Source: Halobacteriota archaeon
Lineage (GTDB): Archaea; Halobacteriota; Bog-38; Methanoflorentales; Methanoflorentaceae
Direction: 5' to 3'
Length of the DNA stretch: 34,563 nt
Assembly (NCBI GenBank): GCA_049578125.1
Contig: JBAULJ010000252.1
Location: forward strand, 1-34,563
Shown: positions 16,910-25,366 of the stretch, piece by piece
Position numbering within the stretch: position 1 is the stretch's first letter
How the letters are laid out: every line of letters begins with the position of its first letter
Program-made: the position numbers and the translations under genes
The notes under the pieces: generated by a model
What the model was told of the DNA's origin: nothing
What the model saw: only the letters and a program-made list of their open reading frames with translations
Databases searched by the model: none

Positions 16910-17278
16910 TCACAGATCGCGATCAGCAATGATTATGTCGTCCCCAAGGCGCCGCTCAGGTTCCGGAGGATAATCGTTGTCCGCGATGACGTAAGCGGTC
17001 TTTTTTCGTCTGCGTTGTTGGCGTAGTGACGAGGGCTCATCGATCGGTTCTGCATCGCTTGAAAGCTCACCTTGTCCGTACACGCCCGGAAGATGTGTCA
17101 TATCATGGACGGATGAGCTGACGTCAACGAGTTGTTGGGTGATCCCATTGAGGATACCAGAGAGCTCGGACACCCTACGCTCGAGCATTGTCACGCGTTG
17201 TTCGAGCGTCGACCGCGGAGCTCCCTCTTTGAGCCTTAAGCGACGCGGTATCGCATCTAGATCGTCCTGATAACGCAT
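16910..17278 (-). CDS. hypothetical coiled-coil protein (122 aa) immediately upstream of smc
   Basis: ATG preceded by GAGGTAGGGT. A heptad-like segment STLEQRVTMLERRVSELSGILNGITQQLVDV is followed by an acidic/Pro-rich tail. Its TGA (16910-16912) directly abuts the smc ORF in the same frame. Confidence 0.55.
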   Translation of the reverse strand: MRYQDDLDAIPRRLRLKEGAPRSTLEQRVTMLERRVSELSGILNGITQQLVDVSSSVHDMTHLPGVYGQGELSSDAEPIDEPSSLRQQRRRKKTAYVIADNDYPPEPERRLGDDIIIADRDL

Positions 17279-17358
17279 ACCCTACCTCGTATTGTAGTGC
17301 GGGGTCCGCACCTTATACTTTATGGTATGTACTCTAACCGCAAGCGGCGTAATTCGGT

Positions 17359-18621
17359 TCACGGCGTAATCCGGCGACGATCTCGAGGAAAAAGGACGCT
17401 TTCTCGAATGTTAGCGAGGCCGAGCATAGTCACCAGAAGGCGCTCGGCCCCGAGACCCCACCCCGCGTGGGGCGGCATACCAAAGCGAAACGCGTCGAGA
17501 TAAAATGCAAAGCTCTCTAGGGCAAGCGATTTGCCAGCAAGCTGTTCGGAGAGGAGCCTGTAGTCGTGAATCCGTCGCGCCCCCGACGCGAGCTCCATCC
17601 GCGGGTGCATGAGGTCAAATGCGTAGCAGAGGTTGTTGCGCGGCTGCACGTAGAAGGGCTTCAGCTCAACTGGCCAGTCAACGATAAAGTAGTGCTCTCC
17701 GATCTCCTCGCCAACCGCTCTCTCAGCTGCCGTGTCAAGATCGTCTCCCCACGGAATATCCGCGATCTCAATCGCCTCTGCGTACGTGATCCGGCGAAAG
17801 GGGATATGCGGAATGGAAAGAGTTACACCTAGCGCTTGAAGCGGAGCGCTGCAACGCTCAGCGACGGCCACATAGACGTGCTGGATAAGCTCCTCAAGAA
17901 GGCCCATGACCTCGCGGTCGTCCATAAATGAGGCCTCGACGTCAATCGAGGTGACCTCGTTGAGATGTTTGCGCGTATCGTGCTCCTCGGCGCGAAAGAT
18001 AGGGCCAACCTCAAACACGCGTTCCAGCCCGGCCGCCATCATGATCTGCTTGTAGAGCTGCGGGCTCTGATTTAAAAATGCTTCGCGGTCGAAGTACGAT
18101 ATGGGAAAAAGTTGTGTCCCCCCCTCGGTCGCCGTTGCCACCATCTTGGGCGTCTGAATCTCGATAAAATCGCGAGCGACGAGGAACGCACGCACTTCGT
18201 CAAGCACTGTCGCGCGAATGAAGAAGATAGCCCGCGTGGCAGGAAGACGCACGTCCATAAAGCGTGCGTCAAGCCGCGTGTCGAGTTCGGCAGGCACTTT
18301 GCCCGTGACGTCGAGCGGAAGCGGTGATTCCGCGGCGTTCAGGAGCTCAACCTCGTACGGAATGATCTCATAGCCTTGCGGCGCCTTCGGTTCAGCCTTG
18401 ACGAGCCCTGCCACGCGCACCACAGACTCCCTGCTCAGGCTTCGCACGCGTTCAACGAGTTCCGGAGGGACCTTCTTCTTTGGCATGGTGATTTGCATGA
18501 TACCATCGCGATCACGGAGCAAAAGAAAGCTGATGCCGCCGAGGTCGCGAAGCTCATGCACCCACCCCGCAACGGTAACGTCGGTTTCTGGGATGATGGC
18601 GCTTGAGCGCGTCACCTTCAT
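17359..18621 (-). CDS. aspS: aspartate--tRNA ligase, archaeal type
   Basis: 420 aa. [24 protein letters not shown] (OB fold), [14 protein letters not shown] (motif 2 region) and [15 protein letters not shown] (motif 3) are present. The length is typical of the archaeal/eukaryal-type enzyme. Confidence 0.92.
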   Translation of the reverse strand: MKVTRSSAIIPETDVTVAGWVHELRDLGGISFLLLRDRDGIMQITMPKKKVPPELVERVRSLSRESVVRVAGLVKAEPKAPQGYEIIPYEVELLNAAESPLPLDVTGKVPAELDTRLDARFMDVRLPATRAIFFIRATVLDEVRAFLVARDFIEIQTPKMVATATEGGTQLFPISYFDREAFLNQSPQLYKQIMMAAGLERVFEVGPIFRAEEHDTRKHLNEVTSIDVEASFMDDREVMGLLEELIQHVYVAVAERCSAPLQALGVTLSIPHIPFRRITYAEAIEIADIPWGDDLDTAAERAVGEEIGEHYFIVDWPVELKPFYVQPRNNLCYAFDLMHPRMELASGARRIHDYRLLSEQLAGKSLALESFAFYLDAFRFGMPPHAGWGLGAERLLVTMLGLANIRESVLFPRDRRRITP

Positions 18622-19886
18622 TGGAGCCTCCGCAGCACGGACGCTGCGTGTCCAGGCAACCCCTCGATCTGCGCTAGAGAACGGACGAGGTCCGCAAGGC
18701 TCTCGAGCCCGTCCCTCGTCAGCACTTGAACGCTCGTCGTCTTCGTAAAGTGGCCCACGTTGAGCCCGCTCACATACTTAGCGAACCCTCCTGTTGGTAA
18801 CGTCGAACTCGTTCCGGTAGCGTAATCCCCCACGGCTGCGGGCGTATATTCGCCGACGCAGATCGTTCCTGCGTTGCGTATTTTTTCGAGGACGTTAATG
18901 GGATCACGCACCATGAGTTCAAGATGCTCAGGGGCGAGGTCATTTACGAATTCAACGCACGCGTCCAAGCTTTCGCCTACGAGGATGGCACTGCCGCTCA
19001 GATCGATGAGATCCTTCCGCGATGCAGCTTCACGCTGCGCATTGAGCTCTTTTTCGACCTCGTGTGCGAGTTCCGCTGAGGGGGTGAGCAGGAACCCGGA
19101 TGATTTTGGGCCGTGCTCGAGTTGGGCAATTATGTCAGCGGCGATAAACGCAGCGTCCCCCCCATCGGCGAGCACCGCGATTTCGCTGGGGCCCGCAGGG
19201 AAATCGATTTCCACCTCACTTTGCACGAGGAGCTTCGCCGCGGTCACGTACACGTTGCCGGGTCCGACGATCTTATCTACCTTCGCGACGCTCTCCGTCC
19301 CAAATGCCATTGCCGCAATCGCCTGTGCCCCCCCAATCTTATAGATCGCGTTCGCTCCCGCGATGTCAGCCGCAAGGAGCGTTGCTACGGGCACCGTGCC
19401 GTCAGGCATTGGTGGGATGCATACAATGACCTCCCGGACGCCGGCGACCTTGGCCGGAACGATATTCATGAGTGCCGTTGAGGGGTAGACTGCAAACCCT
19501 CCGGGCACGTACGCACCGATGCGATCGAGTGGTGTTGTCTTTTGCCCAAAGACGACTCCAGGAGCCACCTCGTGAAGCCACAAGTCACTTTGCACCTGCC
19601 GCACATGGTACGAGGTGATATTGTCCGACAGGTTATACAACGCGTCGATGATGTCCTGCGAGGCGTTTTCGTACGCAGCAAGGAGCTCTCCTTCTGTCAC
19701 TCTAAGCTCGACGATATCGGCCTTGTCATACTGCAGCGTGTACTGCATGACGGCGGTGTCGCCATTTTCTCTCACGTCGCTGATGATTTTCTGCACGTGA
19801 TCCATAACCTCGCGCACAGCAGCGCCGCGGTCGAGCAGACGGTCGAATTCGGCGTCGGTTACCTCAGATAAGCGTTTGCAGATCAT
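18618..19886 (-). CDS. hisD: histidinol dehydrogenase
   Basis: Core motifs: [69 protein letters not shown] and GDYATG. I start at ATG 19886 (MICKRLSEV...). The track ORF extends 91 codons upstream and overlaps the neighbouring gene. The stop overlaps the aspS ATG (ATGA). Confidence 0.92.
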   Translation of the reverse strand: MICKRLSEVTDAEFDRLLDRGAAVREVMDHVQKIISDVRENGDTAVMQYTLQYDKADIVELRVTEGELLAAYENASQDIIDALYNLSDNITSYHVRQVQSDLWLHEVAPGVVFGQKTTPLDRIGAYVPGGFAVYPSTALMNIVPAKVAGVREVIVCIPPMPDGTVPVATLLAADIAGANAIYKIGGAQAIAAMAFGTESVAKVDKIVGPGNVYVTAAKLLVQSEVEIDFPAGPSEIAVLADGGDAAFIAADIIAQLEHGPKSSGFLLTPSAELAHEVEKELNAQREAASRKDLIDLSGSAILVGESLDACVEFVNDLAPEHLELMVRDPINVLEKIRNAGTICVGEYTPAAVGDYATGTSSTLPTGGFAKYVSGLNVGHFTKTTSVQVLTRDGLESLADLVRSLAQIEGLPGHAASVLRRLQ

Positions 19887-19963
19887 GACATCACAACCGA
19901 TAGGACACGAGAGGGTATTAACCTTTATGGGTAAGCTGTTTACGTCGATCTTTGCCCGCAGGA

Positions 19964-19997
19964 CCCATTTCGAAGTATTTAAATAGAAAGAAATGGG
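19964..19997. promoter_or_regulatory. 8-bp perfect inverted repeat CCCATTTC-N18-GAAATGGG centred on the palindromic TATA-like TATTTAAATA
   Basis: Arms are at 19964-19971 and 19990-19997, with TATTTAAATA at 19975-19984. It lies in the 233-bp gap between the radical SAM gene stop (20120) and the hisD ATG (19886). Confidence 0.4.
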
Positions 19998-20119
19998 CAT
20001 TATCAGCGCATGAGCGGGAAAGACCTGATGAGCGACATCGCGATGGCCCGCAAAGAGCTCAGCATCGACCGCCTGAAAAAAATTCTCAGGGTATGCCTCA
20101 CTATCACCCGGAAGGCGTA

Positions 20120-21112
20120 CTAATCGACGATGGGTGCGACGTAGCCACACCGCGGACACGTCTTTCCTCGTTTGCTAATCCGATAGCCTGTGCGGTCGAT
20201 GATGACCGCAGCGCAGTCCGGGCAAAACGTTTTTTCGTACTCACTTGCGACGTTTCCTAGGTAGATGTAGCGCAGTCCGGCCTGCGTCGCGACGTGGTGC
20301 GCTTTTTTAAGGGTTTCCATGGGCGTTGCTGGACGGTCGAGCATGCGCCAATCCGGATGAAAGCGTGAGAAGTGGACTGGTATGTCGCGGTCGACCCCTG
20401 CCGCCCACGCGCTAAACGCACCGAGCTGTTCGTCGTCGTCGTTGAGACCGGGAATAATGAGATACGTCAACTCAAGATGGATGCCGCTCTCGTGCATGCG
20501 CTCGCACGTCTTGAGCACGGGATCGAGGCGCGCTTTACAGACGCCGTTGTAGAACTTCTTGCTGAAGCCTTTCACATCAACGTTCGCCGCGTCAAGATAG
20601 GGGCCAATCTTTTCGAGGGCCTGCGGCGTCATATAGCCATTGGTCACGTACACGGTGTACAGGCCGGCTTCCTTAGCAAGGATCGCGGAATCGTAAGTAT
20701 ACTCAAACCAGATCGTCGGCTCATTGTACGTCCAAGCGATCCCGCGGCAGTTACGCTCGAGAGCGAGCTGCACTGAACGCTCTGGCAGGACTTCCGTGGT
20801 ACCCAGCTCGCCGACTTCCGCGAACGAGATGTCATAGTTCTGGCAGTGTTCACACTTGAAATTGCAGCTCACTGAACCAAGCGAAAACACTTTCGATCCC
20901 GGGTAGAAATGGAACAGCGGTTTCTTTTCGATGGGATCGACGTTCATGGAGCTCACCTCGGCGTAGATGAGCGTCGCGAGCTTGCCGTCGAGATTCTGCC
21001 GCACGTGACAGATCCCGCGATCCCATTTCTTGATCTTACACTCGTGAGAGCACGCGAAACAGTGGACGCCCTCGTCTGCAATCGGCTCCCACAGCATCGC
21101 ATCTTTTATCAC
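20120..21112 (-). CDS. AmmeMemoRadiSam-system-type radical SAM enzyme (PflA-like activase family)
   Basis: 330 aa. N-terminal Cys cluster HCFACSHECKIKKWDRGICHVR, DPIEKKPLFHFYPGS, CX3CX2C (CNFKCEHCQN) and a C-terminal CPDC...CPRCG zinc-ribbon-like pair. GTG start preceded by AAGGGGGT. Confidence 0.82.
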   Translation of the reverse strand: MIKDAMLWEPIADEGVHCFACSHECKIKKWDRGICHVRQNLDGKLATLIYAEVSSMNVDPIEKKPLFHFYPGSKVFSLGSVSCNFKCEHCQNYDISFAEVGELGTTEVLPERSVQLALERNCRGIAWTYNEPTIWFEYTYDSAILAKEAGLYTVYVTNGYMTPQALEKIGPYLDAANVDVKGFSKKFYNGVCKARLDPVLKTCERMHESGIHLELTYLIIPGLNDDDEQLGAFSAWAAGVDRDIPVHFSRFHPDWRMLDRPATPMETLKKAHHVATQAGLRYIYLGNVASEYEKTFCPDCAAVIIDRTGYRISKRGKTCPRCGYVAPIVD

Positions 21113-21306
21113 GAAATGACCCCCTTTGGTTCGTCTGTTACGTCTGCTTGATCCGTGTTAGACTCGCCTTCCGCAGCTAGTTCCATTTGCAGATTATCAT
21201 CGCCAGAGCGTATTATCTTTTCTTGTTGGTAATAGACACCTGAAGCTAACGCCCCGCACTGCCACGCGTAACACCGTTCAAGCCGTGGTCCGACTCGTCT
21301 AGCCAA
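21109..21306 (-). CDS. bridging small ORF: either 65 aa from a TTG, or a 25-aa acidic peptide from ATG 21186
   Basis: The frame is open across the whole gap between the two radical SAM genes. Its TTG overlaps the upstream TAG, and its TGA overlaps the downstream GTG (GTGA). The internal ATG at 21186 sits about 28 nt downstream of a TATA-like ATAATA (21211-21217). Third-position GC is lower than in the neighbouring genes by hand count, which argues against coding. Confidence 0.25.
   Translation of the reverse strand: MARRVGPRLERCYAWQCGALASGVYYQQEKIIRSGDDNLQMELAAEGESNTDQADVTDEPKGVIS
21211..21217 (-). promoter_or_regulatory. TATA-like box (minus strand AAAAGATAATACG) inside the gap between the radical SAM genes
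   Basis: 24 nt separate the end of ATAATA from the ATG at 21186, which fits the geometry of a leaderless archaeal start. Confidence 0.3.
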
Positions 21307-22246
21307 ACAACCGGAAGCTCACCATGTTGTGCGCATAGGGCACGAGTTTACGCAATGACATCAGGTGAGACGTCTCAGCGTGGCAGTAGATCAGACAGTG
21401 TTTGTCACAACGCAGCATTTGTCGCCGGTCAGCTTGTGCCCTTTCTGAGGTCATGAGCGTCTGAAAGTCGTTTTCGAGGAGGTTTCCAAGCTTCGTGCCG
21501 ATGGGCATGCACGGATAAATAATATCGCCATTCGGCTCGATCATGACGCTGAGCGTTCGGCACGTGTACGGCTGGTTAAAGCTCTCAATGTACGAACGAC
21601 TCGTCGTGAGCGTACTTCCATACTCGCGCTTTAGGCGGGTGATGATCTCGCGAAGCATCATCAGATCCGGCGTGAGGTCTTCAGTGCCGTCAAAGTTGAA
21701 CGCGGGCATTAAGAGAATCTTGTGGCCGTGCGCGTGCACTTTTTCTACCTTTTCCTCGATTTTGTCTAGGTCGTGCTTTGTGACGACCGTTTGCACCGTC
21801 GTCTTAATGCCGAGATCGGTGAAGTAATCGAGCCGGTCAAACAGGTGCACGTTGTCGTGCCCCTCGTCAATCGACAACTGCAGAAAGTCGAAGTACTTCG
21901 CGTACTCGGCAAAGGGCCGGCGATCGATAAGAAGCCCGTTGGTGGTAAACAGAGTATAGTTCGAGCAGTCGTGTGTGTAGCGCAGAACGTCGCCCATATC
22001 CTTGCGCAGCAAGGGTTCCCCCCCTTCAAAGCTTATGGTAAAAGTGCTCGCTCGCGACAGATTATCGATGACGGTGAACACATCGCTCGTTTTAAGGTCG
22101 GGGATCTTATCGGCCCACACGTTGCAAAAGCCGCACCGTAGGTTGCATCGGTGCGTGATCTTGAACGATGCGTAAAACGGATTGTCAAAATCGTTTCGCA
22201 CGTAGTTCGAGAAGTATCCTCTGAGGGCCCGCACATTTCTGTTCAT
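21299..22246 (-). CDS. radical SAM protein with a Cys-rich C-terminal auxiliary-cluster (SPASM/twitch-like) region
   Basis: 315 aa. CX3CX2C (HRCNLRCGFCNVW), the GGEPLL motif (SFEGGEPLLRKD), C-terminal YTCRT...GDIIYPCMP...RCDKHCLIYCH. Confidence 0.82.
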   Translation of the reverse strand: MNRNVRALRGYFSNYVRNDFDNPFYASFKITHRCNLRCGFCNVWADKIPDLKTSDVFTVIDNLSRASTFTISFEGGEPLLRKDMGDVLRYTHDCSNYTLFTTNGLLIDRRPFAEYAKYFDFLQLSIDEGHDNVHLFDRLDYFTDLGIKTTVQTVVTKHDLDKIEEKVEKVHAHGHKILLMPAFNFDGTEDLTPDLMMLREIITRLKREYGSTLTTSRSYIESFNQPYTCRTLSVMIEPNGDIIYPCMPIGTKLGNLLENDFQTLMTSERAQADRRQMLRCDKHCLIYCHAETSHLMSLRKLVPYAHNMVSFRLFG

Positions 22247-22303
22247 GGTAGCTCGGCCGATGGCGCTAAGGAACGCGCCAGGAGCAGTCAGTGACGCGCC
22301 GAT

Positions 22304-22969
22304 TCACTCTTCAAAAGGCGCGACATAGCAGGATGCTTCCTTGCTGCTAATCAATTTCTGTTCGTGAAACAGGCGCGCCGTGAGGAGGTACGTGCCTTCT
22401 TCACTCGCGTAGAGCTCGCTTACGAACCGTTTCGTGCCGCCTTCTGCAATAAAGTCGATATCAATGACGTCCATAAGCGTGTGGGCTTTCGATGGAGGGC
22501 GTGCGGCGATTTCGAGGCGAAGGTTCTGCACGTCGCGGCGGGCGTGCACGACTGTTTCCGCTTCGATCGTCTCTTCGTACGCCCAGTAAGGACGATTCGC
22601 GAAGAAGGTCTGGATTTCAGCCGGATCTTCCGTGAGCCGGAGCTCCTGATCGGGCGAGTACCAGCTTACGAGAGCGCCGTTGCGGTACGCGGTGACGTGA
22701 AGATAGACCCGGCCACTATGGTTCGCAAAAACGTGAAAGTTGAGCGCCGCGGTGTCTTGGGGGCGAAGTTCTTTCACAAAATGAAAGGATCCGCTTGGCA
22801 ACACGTCGAGGTCGTGCGAGTTGTAGGCAAACAGCGTTGCGCTCACGTCCGAAAGGGGCTCGGTTGATACGTTCCTCAGCTGAACGATTATCCAGTGGCG
22901 CCCTCGGTCGAGCGCCTCTGGCGTGACGGTGATCTCAAACGGATACTTGGCTCGTTCTTGCATAGCCAT
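22304..22969 (-). CDS. hypothetical cytoplasmic protein (221 aa), apparently two beta-sandwich (CARDB/NEW3-like) modules
   Basis: The ATG lies 5 nt after the hsp20 stop and there is no signal peptide. A segment such as IIVQLRNVSTEPLSDVSATLFAY...LNFHVFANHSGRVYLHVTAY resembles CARDB-like strands. The fold call is inference only. Confidence 0.6.
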   Translation of the reverse strand: MAMQERAKYPFEITVTPEALDRGRHWIIVQLRNVSTEPLSDVSATLFAYNSHDLDVLPSGSFHFVKELRPQDTAALNFHVFANHSGRVYLHVTAYRNGALVSWYSPDQELRLTEDPAEIQTFFANRPYWAYEETIEAETVVHARRDVQNLRLEIAARPPSKAHTLMDVIDIDFIAEGGTKRFVSELYASEEGTYLLTARLFHEQKLISSKEASCYVAPFEE

Positions 22970-22974
22970 CTATG

Positions 22975-23466
22975 CTACTTGACGTTAACTCGCGTTTTCT
23001 TTTCCGCCTCAGTGGGCTCCTTCTTCGGCAACTTGACCTCGAGGACGCCATTCTTGAACGTCGCTTCTGCCTTATCCGACAGCACTTCAGCGGGGAGGTC
23101 TAGCATCCGGCGGTACGATGCGTAGCCGCGCTCGCGGTAGGTGTACTCTTCCTCTTTACGTTCGGTTTCGGTACTCGATTCAGCGCTGATCTCGATCCGT
23201 TCGGGCGTGAGATTAATCTCGATATCCTCTTTCTGCACTCCGGGCATGTCAGCGACGACCTGAAGGGCGTCGCCAAGGTCAAGGATGTCGACGCGGGGTT
23301 GTTTCAGAGCGGGCAGCGACGCCTGCGACGGGAAAACACGCTCGAGGGTGTCCTCCATATTGCCGCGGAACGTATCAAGCATCCGGCGCATTTCAGCAAA
23401 GGGGTCGCTCATCCAGTAGTCTCTCGGCGTCATTCGCTTCTCTTCGTCTTTCTTTTCGTCGGTCAT
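22975..23466 (-). CDS. Hsp20/alpha-crystallin small heat-shock protein
   Basis: 163 aa with the alpha-crystallin domain VDILDLGDALQVVADMPGVQKEDIEINL...YRRMLDLPAEV...ATFKNGVLEVKLPK. Confidence 0.92.
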   Translation of the reverse strand: MTDEKKDEEKRMTPRDYWMSDPFAEMRRMLDTFRGNMEDTLERVFPSQASLPALKQPRVDILDLGDALQVVADMPGVQKEDIEINLTPERIEISAESSTETERKEEEYTYRERGYASYRRMLDLPAEVLSDKAEATFKNGVLEVKLPKKEPTEAEKKTRVNVK

Positions 23467-23554
23467 AGGATCATCATACTAAGTACCACATCGAAGGTAA
23501 TAAAGCATACGCAAGGAAAAAACAGTTCAAGAGCTGGCTTCACGACGAGAACGC

Positions 23555-24295
23555 TTATCGCAGAAACAGGTCGCGACCGTTCTGCACACACGCCTTATGT
23601 GCACGATCGGCGTATCCCTCGACCGTGAGCGCGTGCATGACCCTCGCGACTGACAGACAATCCGAGCGCTGGGCGCTCAGGTCGCTGTTAACGACAAACT
23701 TCGCTTCAGCGTATTCTATGATCAGTTCAACAGCGTCGCGCACGGACGCTTTGCCCGGCTGGACGGTAAGGCCGATGTATGTCCCCGCCTCCAGCGCGAC
23801 ATCGACCGTTGATTGATCGATGTGATCAATCACCACGTCCTTGGCCCCGACATCGTCAACGATCGCGATGATTCGCTCAAGCGCCTCTCGCTTCTCGCGC
23901 CGAGGCGTGTGGATGATTTTGGGATAGTAGTCGATCCCGAGCTGCGCACGAAAGACCCGCTCCTCGACGTCGGTGCACCTTTCAAGCCCAATCTCTCCGA
24001 TCGCGACGACAGCTGGGTGCGCGAGGTACTCGGGGAGTGCTGCCAAGGTCGTGTCAACTTGGTCGTTAATAGAACGCGGGTGCACGCCAAGACCCACGTG
24101 CACGCTAACCCCATTTTCGGCGCCTCGCCGCACTTCGCCGTAAACGAGCTTGTGAAAGTGGTCGACGAGGACGTCTGCCGTTGACATTCGCATCGGGTCG
24201 TGTGCGAGCGTGAGCACATCGGTCACACCGGCCACACCCATCAATTCAAAGTCCTCAAACGGACGCGTATCCATGTGGGCATGCGTGTCAAACAC
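23555..24295 (-). CDS. TatD-family metal-dependent hydrolase
   Basis: 246 aa with N-terminal FDTHAHMD (HxH), an internal AIGEIGLE and IHTPR. GTG start. Confidence 0.75.
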   Translation of the reverse strand: MFDTHAHMDTRPFEDFELMGVAGVTDVLTLAHDPMRMSTADVLVDHFHKLVYGEVRRGAENGVSVHVGLGVHPRSINDQVDTTLAALPEYLAHPAVVAIGEIGLERCTDVEERVFRAQLGIDYYPKIIHTPRREKREALERIIAIVDDVGAKDVVIDHIDQSTVDVALEAGTYIGLTVQPGKASVRDAVELIIEYAEAKFVVNSDLSAQRSDCLSVARVMHALTVEGYADRAHKACVQNGRDLFLR

Positions 24296-24418
24296 GAGTG
24301 CATAAGAGCAGTCCTTAGCCTTATGTGTTGTGCAGACGTCCCTGCGAGCCAGGTTGTCAATTTCACCAGCGTTGCCTTGCGAGGGGGTGAAACGGGCTAC
24401 CTAAGCCAGACAACCGAT

Positions 24419-24428
24419 AGTTATAAAC
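24419..24428 (+). promoter_or_regulatory. TATA box (AGTTATAAAC) upstream of the ferredoxin gene
   Basis: It lies 17-26 nt upstream of ATG 24445. This spacing suggests the true leaderless start may be one of the in-frame ATGs at 24454 or 24460. Confidence 0.4.
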
Positions 24429-24444
24429 GTGGAGAGTAAACAGC

Positions 24445-24651
24445 ATGGTTAGAATGACCATGCTAGTACCGAAAATTGATGTTGAACTCTGTGTCGGCTG
24501 CGGAGCGTGCGAAGACACGTGCCCCGACGTCTTTGAGCTTCAAGATGACGGGTTATCGCACGTCATTGACGCTACTGCTTGCAGCGAGTGCGAGTGTCAA
24601 GAAGCGGCTGACAGCTGCCCAACAGAGGCGATAACCTTCGTCGAAGAGTGA
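24445..24651 (+). CDS. small single-cluster ferredoxin (Pyrococcus-type 4Fe-4S/3Fe-4S)
   Basis: CVGCGACEDTCPDVFEL...ACSECECQEAADSCPTEAI. The start could be 24445, 24454 or 24460. Confidence 0.85.
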   Translation: MVRMTMLVPKIDVELCVGCGACEDTCPDVFELQDDGLSHVIDATACSECECQEAADSCPTEAITFVEE

Positions 24652-24678
24652 CTCTCCGTTTTCACGCGACGCCACTCA

Positions 24679-24685
24679 TTTTTTT
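24679..24685 (+). terminator. oligo-T tract (T7) downstream of the ferredoxin gene
   Basis: CATTTTTTTGTC lies 28 nt after the stop codon. Archaeal termination commonly uses T-runs. Confidence 0.4.
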
Positions 24686-24762
24686 GTCTATCCCGCTGGC
24701 GGTACGCTCCTTGCCGCCAGTTTGTCCCTCGTTCGAGCAGCTAAGTCCGTTTCGCAAGCCTA

Positions 24763-25191
24763 TTAGAGATGCAGGCCGACTAGCTGGACGAAAAACGAGA
24801 GGAAATAGACGATTGCAGCGCCTTTGATAGCTTTGGCCACGAACATGATAATCAGAAAGGTGGTCGGGTTAAAATCTTCGATTCCAGCGACGATGGGCAC
24901 CAAATCGCCGGCAAAGGGAATCCACGGCGAGATTATAAGCAGTGCAGCCCCGTATTTGCCAAACCAAGCCTGGACCCCCCTTTCGCGTTCGGGATTATGA
25001 AAGGGGATTATTCTCCGTATCCCGTATTTTCCCAAAAGGTATCCTACTGAAGCGCCAAGAACTGACGCAGGGATCAGCACGATGAGGATGATCAAAGGAC
25101 TCACGTTGTCGCTCAGCAGCAGCGCGATTGTCGGTTCTGTGGGGATCGGGAGCACCGACGAAGTGGCGCTTACGAGAGACAGCTCAAGCAA
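24763..25191 (-). CDS. YqaA/DedA-family (SNARE-associated, VTT-domain) small membrane protein, paralog 1
   Basis: 142 aa with a TTG start. PIPTEP, GKYGIRRIIPF and SPWIPFAGDLVPIVAG are typical of short DedA/YqaA proteins. Confidence 0.72.
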   Translation of the reverse strand: MLELSLVSATSSVLPIPTEPTIALLLSDNVSPLIILIVLIPASVLGASVGYLLGKYGIRRIIPFHNPERERGVQAWFGKYGAALLIISPWIPFAGDLVPIVAGIEDFNPTTFLIIMFVAKAIKGAAIVYFLSFFVQLVGLHL

Positions 25192-25260
25192 ACCGTAGTT
25201 AGTGATGAGAGGCAGCGAAACGCACCCAGTTACTTTGATCGGCTACAACTATTCTGCGCA

Positions 25261-25271
25261 TTTATAAAAAA
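25261..25271. promoter_or_regulatory. A/T box TTTATAAAAAA between the divergent YqaA paralog 1 and the CMD gene (possibly a bidirectional TATA)
   Basis: The minus strand reads TTTTTTATAAA about 75 nt upstream of the TTG at 25191. The same motif and spacing recur upstream of paralog 2 (26710-26719). Confidence 0.35.
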
Positions 25272-25366
25272 GTAGTGACAGATGCAGCAGCGCACTCCAG
25301 CGCACATTTAACACGCGAGCCTTTGCGAAGCGCACGAGAGCGCTTATATCGACGTAGCGCCATGGT

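Noticed and set aside
19887-20159. A 91-codon N-terminal extension of the hisD ORF as given in the ORF track.
   Set aside because: Recognisable HisD sequence starts at MICKRLSEV (ATG 19886). The extension is not protein-like, overlaps the 3' end of the radical SAM gene and crosses the TATA/inverted-repeat element.
21299-23466. TAG stop codons of hsp20 and the SPASM-like radical SAM gene as possible pyrrolysine or read-through sites.
   Set aside because: Both proteins end at normal family lengths and the downstream sequence in frame is not protein-like.
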